A stretch of 57,596 nt of DNA from an uncultured Gallionella sp. (GCA_964401425.1 CAYNYH010000002.1:1-57596); one strand, 5' to 3'. Shown: positions 8,767 to 20,255, numbered from the stretch's first letter. Numbers and translations are program-made. Notes: generated by a model not told the origin, from the sequence alone.

Positions 8767-9096
8767 ATGAAAAAGAGTACGCTGGTAATTTCACTGTTGT
8801 CTATTGCGCTTGTCGCCTCTAATGTTTGGTGGGCATACAAAGTACTGGATGCCGGTGTTACGCTTACCTATCAAAAGGCATCGCTTGAGGAAGCCCAGCA
8901 AGCACTCTCACAAGCATTGGCAATTATCAAAGTTTCTGGCTCCTCCAATGTTACGCGAGCGCAAATTGTAGAGGCCGCTCAAAAAGCTTGGCCATCTGGT
9001 GAGCCATTTGAAAAAGATGGTTATTTGTGGGTCGGTCGCCTCGGCTTGCGTTTTGATAAGAGCGGCCATTTAATCGACATTTTTCAAGGGTATTAG
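8767..9096 (+). CDS. Cassette 4: small membrane-anchored/exported protein, resembles polymorphic-toxin immunity (Imm58-like) proteins
   Basis: AGGAG SD; N-terminal TM/signal; SNVWWAYKVLDAGVTLTY...FEKDG..WVGRLGLRFD; family call is from recall only. Confidence 0.6.
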   Translation: MKKSTLVISLLSIALVASNVWWAYKVLDAGVTLTYQKASLEEAQQALSQALAIIKVSGSSNVTRAQIVEAAQKAWPSGEPFEKDGYLWVGRLGLRFDKSGHLIDIFQGY

Positions 9097-9106
9097 TGAT
9101 GCAAAC

Positions 9107-9169
9107 GCCCAACCCGGCAGTCAAGAGGGACGCCGCAAAAGCGCGGCGCCCCTTACTTTTACGTTAGCT
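9107..9169 (+). other. attC4
   Basis: GCCCAAC...GTTAGCT with central palindrome. Confidence 0.92.
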
Positions 9170-9188
9170 GCTTAAAAGGAGATTCAAC

Positions 9189-9647
9189 ATGGCGACCCTC
9201 TATCACCAAGTTTGGATAAACACACCAGTGTCGAAATTGTACGAAGCGCTCGCCAGTGCCGACGGACTGGGCAGTTGGTGGGCCCCACATACATCTACCC
9301 AAACAGATGCTGGCCTTGTACTGGCGCACGGTGCAGGCTCTGAGCACGGCGAAGTAAAAATGAAGGTGCTGGACACAACCCAAGATAGGCGAGTTGAATG
9401 GGAGATCACCAGTACCCATCCTAAACGCAGCCCCGCTTCTGCCTGGACCGGCACGCACATCATTTTTGAAATATCCGAAAGAGAGAACCCGGGACACTGG
9501 CTGGGAATCAGCGATGAAGTACCACGCATGGCGGTTCTGGAGTTCCGACACTCCGGCTGGAATGAGGACAGTGAGTATTTGGGATTCTGCAACTTCGCTT
9601 GGGGCGAAACGTTACTAATGCTTAAGCAATGGTGTGAATCACAATGA
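9189..9647 (+). CDS. Cassette 5: SRPBCC/AHSA1-like (START-fold) protein
   Basis: HQVWINTP..KLYEALAS..GLGSWW...WTGTHIIF...FRHSGW...CNFAWG..L..LK..CE. Confidence 0.85.
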   Translation: MATLYHQVWINTPVSKLYEALASADGLGSWWAPHTSTQTDAGLVLAHGAGSEHGEVKMKVLDTTQDRRVEWEITSTHPKRSPASAWTGTHIIFEISERENPGHWLGISDEVPRMAVLEFRHSGWNEDSEYLGFCNFAWGETLLMLKQWCESQ

Positions 9648-9653
9648 GAGCGC

Positions 9654-9717
9654 AGCTAACCCTACGCTCAAGCGGGACTGCGCAAAAGCGGCGCAGCCCC
9701 TTAGCTCCACGTTGGGC
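9654..9717 (+). other. attC5
   Basis: AGCTAAC...GTTGGGC; very similar to attC1. Confidence 0.92.
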
Positions 9718-9745
9718 ATCTGAAAGCTAAGCATCCCTAGCGGGA

Positions 9746-9774
9746 TTGCATACTGGTATCCGTTCGGATACACT
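9746..9774 (+). promoter_or_regulatory. Sigma70 promoter with overlapping palindromic operator for the cassette 6 TA pair
   Basis: TTGCAT-N17-TACACT; palindrome GTATCCG-TT-CGGATAC at 9756-9771. Confidence 0.7.
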
Positions 9775-9781
9775 GCGAAGC

Positions 9782-10081
9782 ATGAACACCTTTGAACGCA
9801 CCGAGGAATTCGACGATTGGCTCGCCGACTTGAAAGACAAAGTGGGGCGCGCCCGTATCGTTCTTCGCATCCGATCTGCGGAACATGGCAATTTCGGTGA
9901 CTGCGAACCTGTGGGCGAAGGAGTCTTTGAAATGCGCGTCCATTTTGGACCGGGCTATCGAGCCTATTACACGCGGCGTGCAAAGGTCGTCTACTTGCTT
10001 CTCTTGGGCGGCGACAAGTCCACGCAAAAGCGTGATATCAAACGTGCCATTTCAATGGCACGAGCTTTGGATAAGGAGTGA
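9782..10081 (+). CDS. Cassette 6: RelE/HigB-like addiction-module killer protein
   Basis: FDDWL..LKD...GNFGD..VGEGVFEMRVHFGPGYRAYY...LLLLGGDKSTQKRDI. Confidence 0.9.
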   Translation: MNTFERTEEFDDWLADLKDKVGRARIVLRIRSAEHGNFGDCEPVGEGVFEMRVHFGPGYRAYYTRRAKVVYLLLLGGDKSTQKRDIKRAISMARALDKE

Positions 10082-10084
10082 TCC

Positions 10085-10372
10085 ATGAAAAAATTTGCAC
10101 CCTTCGATGCTGCCGATTACCTCGATGATGAGGAAACCATTGCGGAATACATAACCGCCGCACTGGAAGACCCCAATCCCGATGTGTTTCTAACCGCCGT
10201 GCGTGATGTGGCTCGTGCCCGTGGTATGGCACAACTTGCCAAAGATGCTGGCCTTGGGCGCGAGAGCCTGTACAAAGCGCTTACGCCCGGTGCTAAGCCA
10301 CGCTATGACACAATGCTCAAGCTGCTTCATGCGCTCGGCGTCAAGCTCTCCGCCTCTCCTGTTCACTCATGA
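10085..10372 (+). CDS. Cassette 6: addiction-module antidote (HTH antitoxin)
   Basis: FDAADYLDDEE...VARARGMAQLAKDAGLGRESLYKAL. Confidence 0.9.
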   Translation: MKKFAPFDAADYLDDEETIAEYITAALEDPNPDVFLTAVRDVARARGMAQLAKDAGLGRESLYKALTPGAKPRYDTMLKLLHALGVKLSASPVHS

Positions 10373-10399
10373 GCAACTTACTGTGCGTCCCGTCGCAAT

Positions 10400-10462
10400 G
10401 CCCAGCCCGATATTCAACCCGGACTCCGCAAAAGCGCGCAGCCGGTTAACTCCACGTTATGC
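10400..10462 (+). other. attC6 with mutated R'' box (GCCCAGC instead of GCCCAAC)
   Basis: GCCCAGC...TTCAACCCGGAC...GCCGGTTAAC...GTTATGC. Confidence 0.8.
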
Positions 10463-10518
10463 CTCACCAAAAATTCGGCGCCCTTGGCATACCATTAATG
10501 ATATATACATAATGCGGC

Positions 10519-10803
10519 ATGTGGGAAATCGAAGAACACCGTCGCGTTGACAAACATCTGTCCGACTCCGTTCCTATTGAAGTTCTGAAGCGTTACGAAA
10601 AATGGAAAGGCATTGCCAGAATCTCGGGGCCACAGGGATTGCGCCTCATCAAGGGTTTTCACGATGAGGCTCTGTCAGGTGAATGGAAAGGCCATCGTTC
10701 TTACCGGCCAGGGGTCCAGTGGCGGGTGATTTACCGCGTTGTTGCCAATGTATTGCTGATTCAAGTTGTTCAAGTAACCGCCCACGATTACAGGAGGCCA
10801 TGA
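10519..10803 (+). CDS. Cassette 7: RelE-superfamily mRNA interferase toxin
   Basis: YEKWK...GPQGLRLIKGFHDEALSGEWKGHRS...WRVIY...HDYR. Confidence 0.82.
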   Translation: MWEIEEHRRVDKHLSDSVPIEVLKRYEKWKGIARISGPQGLRLIKGFHDEALSGEWKGHRSYRPGVQWRVIYRVVANVLLIQVVQVTAHDYRRP

Positions 10804-10804
10804 T

Positions 10805-11065
10805 ATGAAAGATTCCCGCCCCGCAAAAAAACGAGTTGAAGTCTCGGTGGGAGAATCTGTCCGCATTTTGCGCGAACTCCAGGAGTTGAGCCAAAGCCAG
10901 CTTTCAGAACTTACGGGTATCCCCCAAGCCACCATCTCCGCCATCGAAAACGGCAGAGTAAATCTAGGGGTCGAGCGCGCAAAGGTTCTTGCTCGTGCCC
11001 TCCAGTGCCATCCTGCCGTGCTCGTGTTTCCCGGCTGGGAGGTTCCGCTTAAACATGCAGCATAA
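10805..11065 (+). CDS. Cassette 7: XRE-HTH (HigA-like) antitoxin
   Basis: LRELQELSQSQLSELTGIPQATISAIENGR; stop codon in GCATAAC (R'' of truncated attC7). Confidence 0.88.
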   Translation: MKDSRPAKKRVEVSVGESVRILRELQELSQSQLSELTGIPQATISAIENGRVNLGVERAKVLARALQCHPAVLVFPGWEVPLKHAA

Positions 11066-11132
11066 CCCTGCCATAAGGACTTCCCTCTGGTACGTCTCAA
11101 ACTGTTTTTTCAACTCCCGATGGAGAATCGCC

Positions 11133-11528
11133 ATGACCCATAATCCACTCTTCTTTTTCCGGGCGCTGCTGGCCGCCCTGTTGCTGCTGACCGGCCTTGC
11201 CTGCCAGGCGGAGACGCCCGCCGCCGGGACGATCACCCCCGCCGAGCTCGCCCAGCGGCTGAAGGCGCCCAATTCGCCGATCATTCTCGATGTGCGCACG
11301 CGCGAGGAATATGCGGCGGGGCATATCGACAACGCGGTGAACCTGCCGCACGATGAACTGGAGCGCAGGCTGGGCGAAATACCCGGCAGCAAGTCCAGCG
11401 AAATCGTGGTGTACTGCCGGAGCGGGAAGCGCGCCGGGATTGCGGAGAAGATACTCATCGAGAAGGGTTACACGAACGTCAGGGATCTGGCCGGGCACTG
11501 GCAGGAGTGGAGCAAGCAGTCGAAATAG
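11133..11528 (+). CDS. Exported rhodanese-like domain protein
   Basis: Signal peptide; ILDVRTREEYAAGHI; YCRSGKRA. Confidence 0.88.
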   Translation: MTHNPLFFFRALLAALLLLTGLACQAETPAAGTITPAELAQRLKAPNSPIILDVRTREEYAAGHIDNAVNLPHDELERRLGEIPGSKSSEIVVYCRSGKRAGIAEKILIEKGYTNVRDLAGHWQEWSKQSK

Positions 11529-11540
11529 GCCCTGCCGTTT

Positions 11541-13567
<2,027 letters not shown>

Positions 13568-13569
13568 TC

Positions 13570-13697
13570 AACCACGAAGAACACGAAGCACACAGAGATA
13601 AAAACCAGTGCCACGGAGAAATGTTGGTCAGGCGAATGTCCGGCCTCGTGCCGATTCCCTGAAAAATCTTCGTGACCTCCGTGTCCTTCGTGGTGAA
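13570..13697. repeat. 9-nt-repeat inverted-arm element
   Basis: AACCACGAAGAACACGAAGCACACAGAG ... CTTCGTGACCTCCGTGTCCTTCGTGGT. Confidence 0.85.
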
Positions 13698-13706
13698 TCA
13701 TGTTTT

Positions 13707-14702
13707 TCAAAAGGTATATCCCGCCTGCACCTCGCGCGGCTCCAGCTCGTCGAGCAGGTATAGCAGCGGCTTGAGGCCGAGGTAGCGTTCGCAGGCGCGG
13801 CGCAGGTAGTCCATCACCAGCGGCAGGTCTTTCAGATAGCCGTCCTTGCCGTCGCGGTGATACAGGCGCGCAAAGATGCCCAGCACCTTGATATGGCGCT
13901 GCACGCCCATCCATTCGTAGTCGCGGTAGAACTCGCCGAAATCCGCACGCACCGGAAGCCCGGCCTTGCGCGCCTTTTCCCAGTAGCGGATCAGCCAGTC
14001 CATGATCTCCGCTTCTTCCCATTTGATATAGGCGTCCTTGAACAGCGAGGCGAGGTCGTAGGTGATCGGGCCGTATACCGCATCCTGAAAATCGAGGATG
14101 CCGGGATTGGGTTCGCTCACCATCAGGTTGCGCGAATGGTAGTCGCGGTGCACATAGACACGCGGCTGGGCAAGGTTGTTGGCGAGGATACGGCGGAAGC
14201 ATTCTTCCAATGTCGCCTGCTGTTTGTCGCTGAGCACAACGCCCAAATGCCTGGCGACATACCACTCCGGAAATAAATTCAGTTCGCGGCGCAGCAGGGC
14301 TTCGTCATAGGGAGGCAGTTCATTCTCGCGCGAAGCGAGCTGGATTTTGATCAGTGCGTCGCTGGCCGCGCCATACAGTTCGCGCGCCGTGCCGCCATCC
14401 AGCGCCTGCAGATAGGTGGTGTTGCCGAGATCGGAGAGCAGCAGGAAGCCCTGCTGCAGGTCCTGCGCATATACATGCGGCACATGCGCACCCGCCTCCT
14501 CGAACAGCTTGGCGATATGCAGGAACGGGCGGCAGTCCTCATGCTGCGGCGGCGCGTCCATGATGATTCTGGTTGTGCCACTGGCAAAGGTAGCGCGGAA
14601 ATAGCGGCGGAAACTGGCGTCGGCGGAAGCCGGGGCAAGGGTGAAGGTCTCGCCGGGGAGCTGGCCGTGCAGCCATGCGGTAAGCTGTTGCTGGCGTTGC
14701 AT
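13707..14702 (-). CDS. amgK: Anomeric MurNAc/GlcNAc kinase (APH-fold)
   Basis: ASADASFRRYFR, HRDYHSRNLM, LDFQDA; lptD/amgK/murU synteny. Confidence 0.9.
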   Translation of the reverse strand: MQRQQQLTAWLHGQLPGETFTLAPASADASFRRYFRATFASGTTRIIMDAPPQHEDCRPFLHIAKLFEEAGAHVPHVYAQDLQQGFLLLSDLGNTTYLQALDGGTARELYGAASDALIKIQLASRENELPPYDEALLRRELNLFPEWYVARHLGVVLSDKQQATLEECFRRILANNLAQPRVYVHRDYHSRNLMVSEPNPGILDFQDAVYGPITYDLASLFKDAYIKWEEAEIMDWLIRYWEKARKAGLPVRADFGEFYRDYEWMGVQRHIKVLGIFARLYHRDGKDGYLKDLPLVMDYLRRACERYLGLKPLLYLLDELEPREVQAGYTF

Positions 14703-14759
14703 ATCGGGCTTTTCGATGTTAATGGTAAACTTGCGGAAGTTTACCACCTTACTATTGTC

Positions 14760-16976
14760 ATGCGGTTCCGTCTCAAGCCCATCGCCTTCACTTTGCTTTG
14801 CACTTTTGCGCACCATGCCGTCGCGAATGCGGAGCAACTCCCCTTGCGCATGGACAGGACCTTCAAGGCAATGGCGGAGCCGGTGCAGGAGACACCCGCC
14901 TTCGTCGAGGCGGATCACCTGACCGGCAAGAAGGAAAGCCAGATCGAAGCGACGGGCAACGCAATCCTGCGCAAGCGCGGGCAGTCCATCCGGGCGGATC
15001 GCCTGTTGTATTTTCAGGATACGCAGGATCTCGATGCGCAGGGCTCGGTAGTGCTGGAACAGGACGGCAACACGATGAGCGGGCCGCATCTCAAGCTGAA
15101 TCTGGATACCAGCATCGGCACCATGGAGCAGCCGGTATACTATCTCGCGGAAAATGACGGGCGCGGGTCGGCGGACATGATGCACATCCACGACAAGCTG
15201 CATTACACGCTGGATAACGCAATCTACACGACCTGCCCGGCCGACGACGAGGACTGGCTGCTGAAGATGCGCGGCCTGGAGATCGACCGCGACCTGCAGA
15301 TCGGCACCGCCCATCATGCCTGGGTGGAATTCATGGGCCTGCCGATCCTGTATTCGCCGTGGATGGATTTTCCGCTCAATGACCAGCGCAAATCGGGTTT
15401 TCTGTCGCCGGTATTTGGCAGCACTACCACCGGCGGCAGCGAACTGACCCTGCCCTACTACTGGAATATCGCGCCGAACCGCGACGCAACGATAGCGCCA
15501 CGCGTGATGACCAAGCGCGGTGTGCTGCTCAACAACGAATTCCGCTATCTGGAACCGCGTTACAACGGTGTATTGGAGGTAGACGTGCTACCCAGCGATG
15601 CGCTGGCAAAGCGCAGCCGCACCCGCATGTCTATCATGCACAATCAAGCCCTCGCAGGCGGATTGAGTGGCTACGCCAATCTGCACAGCGTCTCGGATGA
15701 TGCGTATTTCCGCGATTTGGGGAATACGGTGACTACCACTTCTCAGGTCAATCTTCTGCAGGAAATGGGGTTGACCTATGGCGCCGGGTGGTGGAGCGCA
15801 ACCGCACGCGTACAGCGTTACCAGACCTTGCAGGATCCGGCTGCGCCGATTGGCGCGCCTTATAAGCGCCTGCCGCAGTTGACGCTCAATGCGCAGCAGA
15901 ACTATTCCGGAGCCAGCCTTGCTTTTGCCGGCGAATTCGTGGATTTTGCCCATCCCACATCGCTGAATGCTCAACGCCTGGTGCTCAACCCCAGCATCAG
16001 TTATCCGCTGGTCAGCGATCCGGCGTTCTATCTCACCCCCAAGGTGGCGCTGCACAGCACGTATTACGCCATGGGAGCCAACAACACCAGCGCTTTAGCC
16101 CACTCTTCGCGCACCCTGCCCATCATGAGCGTGGACAGCGGGGTTGCCTTCGAGCGCGACTGGAACCTGTTCGGCGGCGGCTATGTGCATACGCTGGAAC
16201 CGCGCGCCTTCTATGTTTATGTGCCGTACAAGAACCAGGACCGGCTGCCCAATTTTGATTCGGCGCAGGCCGGTTTCGACTTTACCCAGATGTTCACCGA
16301 GAACCGCTTTTTCGGCAGCGACCGGGTAGGCGACGCAAATCACATCACCCTGGCCCTGACCTCGCGCTTGCTGGCACAGGAAAACGGCATGGAGCGATTG
16401 AGAGTGATGGTAGGCGAGCGTTTCAGCTTCAAAACGCCCCAGGTGAATTTTGTCGCACCCACGACGACGACCAATAAATCCGACATCCTGCTTGCCGTTT
16501 CCGGGAACGCAGCCAAGGCTTTGTCTTTTGACAGCGAACTCCAGTACGACCCCAACCTGGCGCACAGCCAGCGCTATAACATCGCCATGCGTTACCGGCC
16601 GGAAGTCGGCAAGTCTCTCGATCTCGGCTACCGTTTCCAGCGCAATGCCCTGCGCCAGGCCGATCTTTCCGGCCAATGGCCGTTATCCAGCCGCTGGCGC
16701 GCGATAGGACGCTTGAATTATTCCATACAGGACAACAAAACTTTGGAGTCGATCGCCGGGCTTGAGTATAATCAAAGCTGCTGGACGCTTCGATTTGTGG
16801 CACAACGTTTCACTGTCGCGGCACAGCAGGCTGTTACCGGCATTTTCCTGCAACTTGAGTTGAACGACCTGGTCAGTGTCGGCGTGGACCCCATAGATGT
16901 CTTGAAGCAGAACGTGCCCAGCTATACCAAGTTAAACGCAGGATCCGCCAATAAACCCAGTTCAGTCTTGCGTTGA
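14760..16976 (+). CDS. lptD: LPS-assembly outer membrane protein LptD
   Basis: YTTCP, RKSGFL, PYYWNIAPNRD, NRFFGSDRVGDAN, EYNQSCW. Confidence 0.96.
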   Translation: MRFRLKPIAFTLLCTFAHHAVANAEQLPLRMDRTFKAMAEPVQETPAFVEADHLTGKKESQIEATGNAILRKRGQSIRADRLLYFQDTQDLDAQGSVVLEQDGNTMSGPHLKLNLDTSIGTMEQPVYYLAENDGRGSADMMHIHDKLHYTLDNAIYTTCPADDEDWLLKMRGLEIDRDLQIGTAHHAWVEFMGLPILYSPWMDFPLNDQRKSGFLSPVFGSTTTGGSELTLPYYWNIAPNRDATIAPRVMTKRGVLLNNEFRYLEPRYNGVLEVDVLPSDALAKRSRTRMSIMHNQALAGGLSGYANLHSVSDDAYFRDLGNTVTTTSQVNLLQEMGLTYGAGWWSATARVQRYQTLQDPAAPIGAPYKRLPQLTLNAQQNYSGASLAFAGEFVDFAHPTSLNAQRLVLNPSISYPLVSDPAFYLTPKVALHSTYYAMGANNTSALAHSSRTLPIMSVDSGVAFERDWNLFGGGYVHTLEPRAFYVYVPYKNQDRLPNFDSAQAGFDFTQMFTENRFFGSDRVGDANHITLALTSRLLAQENGMERLRVMVGERFSFKTPQVNFVAPTTTTNKSDILLAVSGNAAKALSFDSELQYDPNLAHSQRYNIAMRYRPEVGKSLDLGYRFQRNALRQADLSGQWPLSSRWRAIGRLNYSIQDNKTLESIAGLEYNQSCWTLRFVAQRFTVAAQQAVTGIFLQLELNDLVSVGVDPIDVLKQNVPSYTKLNAGSANKPSSVLR

Positions 16977-16989
16977 ACAGGACAGAGGA

Positions 16990-18369
16990 ATGATGATATC
17001 CAGAACGGCAGCTACCGCGCTGATTTGCTGCGCAACATTCAGTGCAATATACCCCGCTTGCGCCGCCGATACCGCAACGGCAAAGCCCGCCCAGGCGACG
17101 CCCGCAATCACCGAACCGCACAAGCCAAATCCGCAACAACAGGTAGCGGTGATCGACTCCGTAGTTGCGGTGGTTAACGACGACGTGATCACCCGCCAGG
17201 AACTGGATGACCGGCTGCGCGCGGTGGTGCGCCAGCTGCAGAAACAGGGTACACCGCTGCCCGCGCCGGAGGTACTGGAAAGACAGATACTCGAGCGCAT
17301 GATCACCGACATGCTGCTGGCGCAATACGCCAAGGAAAACGGCGTGCGCGTGGACGATACACAACTGGATATGGCGATTACACGCATCGCGCAACAGAAC
17401 AACATCCCGTCGCTGGCCGAATTCCGCACCAGACTGGAAGCGGACGGGGTGGACTTCAAAAAATTCCGCGAAGAGATCCGCAGCGAAATCGTTTCCACGC
17501 GCCTGCGCGAGCGCGAGGTGGAAAGCAAGCTCGTCATCAGCGACAGCGAGGTGGACAGTTACCTCGCCAACAAGGCTAAAACAAGCGGCGCGGATGAGGA
17601 GCTTCATCTCGCACATATCCTGGTGGTGATACCGGAACAGGCCAGCGCAGAAAAGATACAGGCTGCGCGCGACAAGGCGGAGCAGGCGTTGAGTCAATTG
17701 AAGGGCGGTGCGGATTTTGCGCAGGTTGCTGCGGGATATTCCGATGCCAAGGACGCGCTGAAAGGCGGCGACCTCGGCTGGCGATCAAGCGACCGCCTTC
17801 CGCCGCAGTTCGCCGGTGAGCTGAATAAACTGCAGCCCGGACAGGTCACTGCGCTGCTGCGCAGCCCGAACGGTTTCCATATCCTCAAGCTGGTCGAGAG
17901 GCGCAGCGGCAGCACGCCGGTGGTCATCACGCAAACCCATGCGCGGCATATCCTGATCAAGACCAGCGAAATCGTTTCCGAAAGCGAGGCCAGGAACCGG
18001 CTGATGGAAATCAAACGGCGCATCGAGAGTGGTGCAGATTTTGCCGAGCAAGCCAGACGCTTTTCCCAGGACGGCAGCGCGCAACAGGGCGGCGATCTGG
18101 ATTGGCTGTCACCTGGGCAAACCGTGCCGGAATTCGAAGAGGCCATGAACAAGCTGCAACCCGGCATGGTAGGCATGGCGCAAACGCAATTCGGCTGGCA
18201 CCTGATCCAGGTGCTGGAGCGGAGGAATACCGATGTCAGCGAACAGCAACAGCGCCAGCAGGCGCGTCTGGCCATCGGCACCTTCAAAGCCGATGAGCAG
18301 TATCAGGACTGGTTGCGCCAACTGCGCGATCGCGCATTTATCGAATACCGCCTCGAAGAAAACCAGTAA
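16990..18369 (+). CDS. surA: Periplasmic chaperone/PPIase SurA
   Basis: VAVVNDDVIT; two parvulin domains (GGDLGW, GGDLDW). Confidence 0.95.
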   Translation: MMISRTAATALICCATFSAIYPACAADTATAKPAQATPAITEPHKPNPQQQVAVIDSVVAVVNDDVITRQELDDRLRAVVRQLQKQGTPLPAPEVLERQILERMITDMLLAQYAKENGVRVDDTQLDMAITRIAQQNNIPSLAEFRTRLEADGVDFKKFREEIRSEIVSTRLREREVESKLVISDSEVDSYLANKAKTSGADEELHLAHILVVIPEQASAEKIQAARDKAEQALSQLKGGADFAQVAAGYSDAKDALKGGDLGWRSSDRLPPQFAGELNKLQPGQVTALLRSPNGFHILKLVERRSGSTPVVITQTHARHILIKTSEIVSESEARNRLMEIKRRIESGADFAEQARRFSQDGSAQQGGDLDWLSPGQTVPEFEEAMNKLQPGMVGMAQTQFGWHLIQVLERRNTDVSEQQQRQQARLAIGTFKADEQYQDWLRQLRDRAFIEYRLEENQ

Positions 18370-18372
18370 GCG

Positions 18373-19389
18373 GTGAATGCGGTATCTTCTCCAGCACCAT
18401 TGGCGATCACCGCCGGCGAACCGGCTGGCATAGGCGCGGATTTATGCGCGCAGCTTGCCGCCGCGCCGCCCGGCGTCCCGCTGGTGTTAATAGCCGATAA
18501 AAACCTGTTGTTGCAGCGTGCCGCACAACTCGGCATCAATTTGCAACTGCGTGATTATGTTGCTGGCAAGGGCGTGATAACGCCCTCTTCCCTTCCTCCT
18601 TCCCTGCCGACCATACATATTCCGCTCACTGCACCCTGCCAGGCCGGCGTGCTGGATGCCGCCAACAGCGGCTATGTGCTGGCCTTGCTGCGCCGCGCCG
18701 TGCAAGGCTGCCAAGTTGGTGAATTTTCCGGCATGGTTACCGCGCCGGTGCACAAGGGCATCATCAACGATGCCGGAATAGCGTTCACCGGCCATACCGA
18801 ATTCCTCGCCGAGCAGACCGGCGCCGGAAAAGTGGTGATGATGCTGGTCGGCGGCGGGATGCGTGTGGCGCTGGCCACCACCCACCTTCCGCTGAAAGAC
18901 GTGCCTGCCGCAATCACCGCGCCGCTGCTGGAAAACGTGCTGCGCATCATCCGGCGCGATCTGCAATCCCGCTTCGGCATCGCGCGGCCACGCATCCTGG
19001 TGGCCGGCTTGAACCCGCATGCGGGCGAGGGTGGCTACCTGGGGCGCGAAGAAATCGAAATCATGAACCCGGTGCTGGACGGGCTGCGCACCGAGGGCAT
19101 CGATGTCAGCGCGCCGCTGCCCGCCGATACACTCTTTACGCCGCAGAAGCTGGCGCAATGCGACTGTGTGCTCGCGATGTATCACGATCAGGGGCTGCCG
19201 GTGCTCAAGCACGCCAGCTTCGGACAGGGCGTAAACGTCACGCTCGGCCTGCCGATCATCCGCACCTCGGTGGACCATGGCACCGCGCTCGATCTGGCGG
19301 GAACCGGCAGGGCAGACGTCGGCAGCCTGCTGGAGGCAATCCGGCTCGCGGCACTGATGGCACAGAATCAACAGGCGCACCGTGCATAG
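18373..19389 (+). CDS. pdxA: 4-hydroxythreonine-4-phosphate dehydrogenase
   Basis: GEPAGIG, GHTEFLA, NPHAGEGG, MYHDQGL, RTSVDHGTA. Confidence 0.96.
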   Translation: MNAVSSPAPLAITAGEPAGIGADLCAQLAAAPPGVPLVLIADKNLLLQRAAQLGINLQLRDYVAGKGVITPSSLPPSLPTIHIPLTAPCQAGVLDAANSGYVLALLRRAVQGCQVGEFSGMVTAPVHKGIINDAGIAFTGHTEFLAEQTGAGKVVMMLVGGGMRVALATTHLPLKDVPAAITAPLLENVLRIIRRDLQSRFGIARPRILVAGLNPHAGEGGYLGREEIEIMNPVLDGLRTEGIDVSAPLPADTLFTPQKLAQCDCVLAMYHDQGLPVLKHASFGQGVNVTLGLPIIRTSVDHGTALDLAGTGRADVGSLLEAIRLAALMAQNQQAHRA

Positions 19390-19401
19390 AGCACCCGCAA
19401 A

Positions 19402-19452
19402 TTTTGGCTCCGGCATAACTTGTGCTGACGCACAAATTAGCCTGCGCCAAAA
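19402..19452 (-). repeat. GGCTAA-hairpin-GTTA element between pdxA and rsmA
   Basis: Minus strand: TTTTGGCGCAGGCTAATTTGTGC-GTCA-GCACAAGTTATGCCGGAGCCAAAA. Confidence 0.8.
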
Positions 19453-19472
19453 TGCTTTTTTGGATTGTTTGC

Positions 19473-20255
19473 ATGAACCATAAGGCAAAAAAGCATTTTG
19501 GCCAGAACTTCCTCATCGATGAACGGATCATCGCCGATATCATCGCGGCAATCCGCCCCGAGCCAGGCGACAACATGGTCGAGATCGGCCCCGGCCTGGG
19601 CGCGCTGACCCGCCCGCTGCTGAAGCGTTTGAATCGCCTGCACGTGGTGGAAATCGACCGCGACATCATTGTGCGGCTGGAAAATGACTATCCAAAAGAC
19701 AAGCTCGTTATCCATGCCGGGGATGCGCTGGAATTCGATTTCGCGGCGCTGCCCGCCCCGTTGCGCATCGTCGGCAACCTGCCCTACAACATCTCCTCGC
19801 CGCTGCTGTTCCACTTTGCCGAATATGCCGCGCATATCCGCGACATGCACTTCATGCTGCAAAACGAGGTCGTCGAGCGCATGGTCGCCGAACCGTCCAC
19901 GCCGGAATACGGGCGGCTGTCAGTGATGCTGCAATACCGCTTCCGGATGGAGAAGCTGCTCGATGTGCCGCCGCAGTCTTTCCGCCCGGCGCCCAAGGTG
20001 GATTCCGCCGTCGTGCGCATGATCCCGCTGCCCGCCGGCGAGATCGTGGTGCGCAATGAAAAGTTGTTCGCCGCAATCGTCAGCGCGGCATTCGGGCAGC
20101 GCCGCAAGACGCTGCGCAACACCCTGCGCAGTTACCTGAATGAGGCGGATTTTGAAAAGCTGGGTATCGATCCCCAGTTGCGCGCGGAAAACCTGGCCGT
20201 GGCGGACTTTGCACAAGCGGCGAATTATCTGGATAAGTCAGAACGCAACCCTTAA
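19473..20255 (+). CDS. rsmA: 16S rRNA adenine dimethyltransferase
   Basis: [36 protein letters not shown]. Confidence 0.97.
   Translation: MNHKAKKHFGQNFLIDERIIADIIAAIRPEPGDNMVEIGPGLGALTRPLLKRLNRLHVVEIDRDIIVRLENDYPKDKLVIHAGDALEFDFAALPAPLRIVGNLPYNISSPLLFHFAEYAAHIRDMHFMLQNEVVERMVAEPSTPEYGRLSVMLQYRFRMEKLLDVPPQSFRPAPKVDSAVVRMIPLPAGEIVVRNEKLFAAIVSAAFGQRRKTLRNTLRSYLNEADFEKLGIDPQLRAENLAVADFAQAANYLDKSERNP

Larger units (their letters stand above)
6202..11066. mobile_element. Chromosomal integron: intI + attI + 7 gene cassettes
   Basis: Six attC sites plus a truncated seventh; each cassette begins with GTTRRRY and ends with its complement; lower GC than the flanks. Confidence 0.95.

Noticed and set aside
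7914-10462. Regularly recurring palindromic repeats as a CRISPR array
   Set aside because: They are attC sites separated by gene-sized cassettes next to intI; no constant-length spacers or cas genes
11133-11528. Rhodanese gene as an eighth cassette
   Set aside because: No attC downstream, host-like high GC, and it abuts the convergent pepP
13707-14702. Aminoglycoside phosphotransferase resistance gene
   Set aside because: Motifs and lptD/murU synteny identify the peptidoglycan-recycling kinase AmgK
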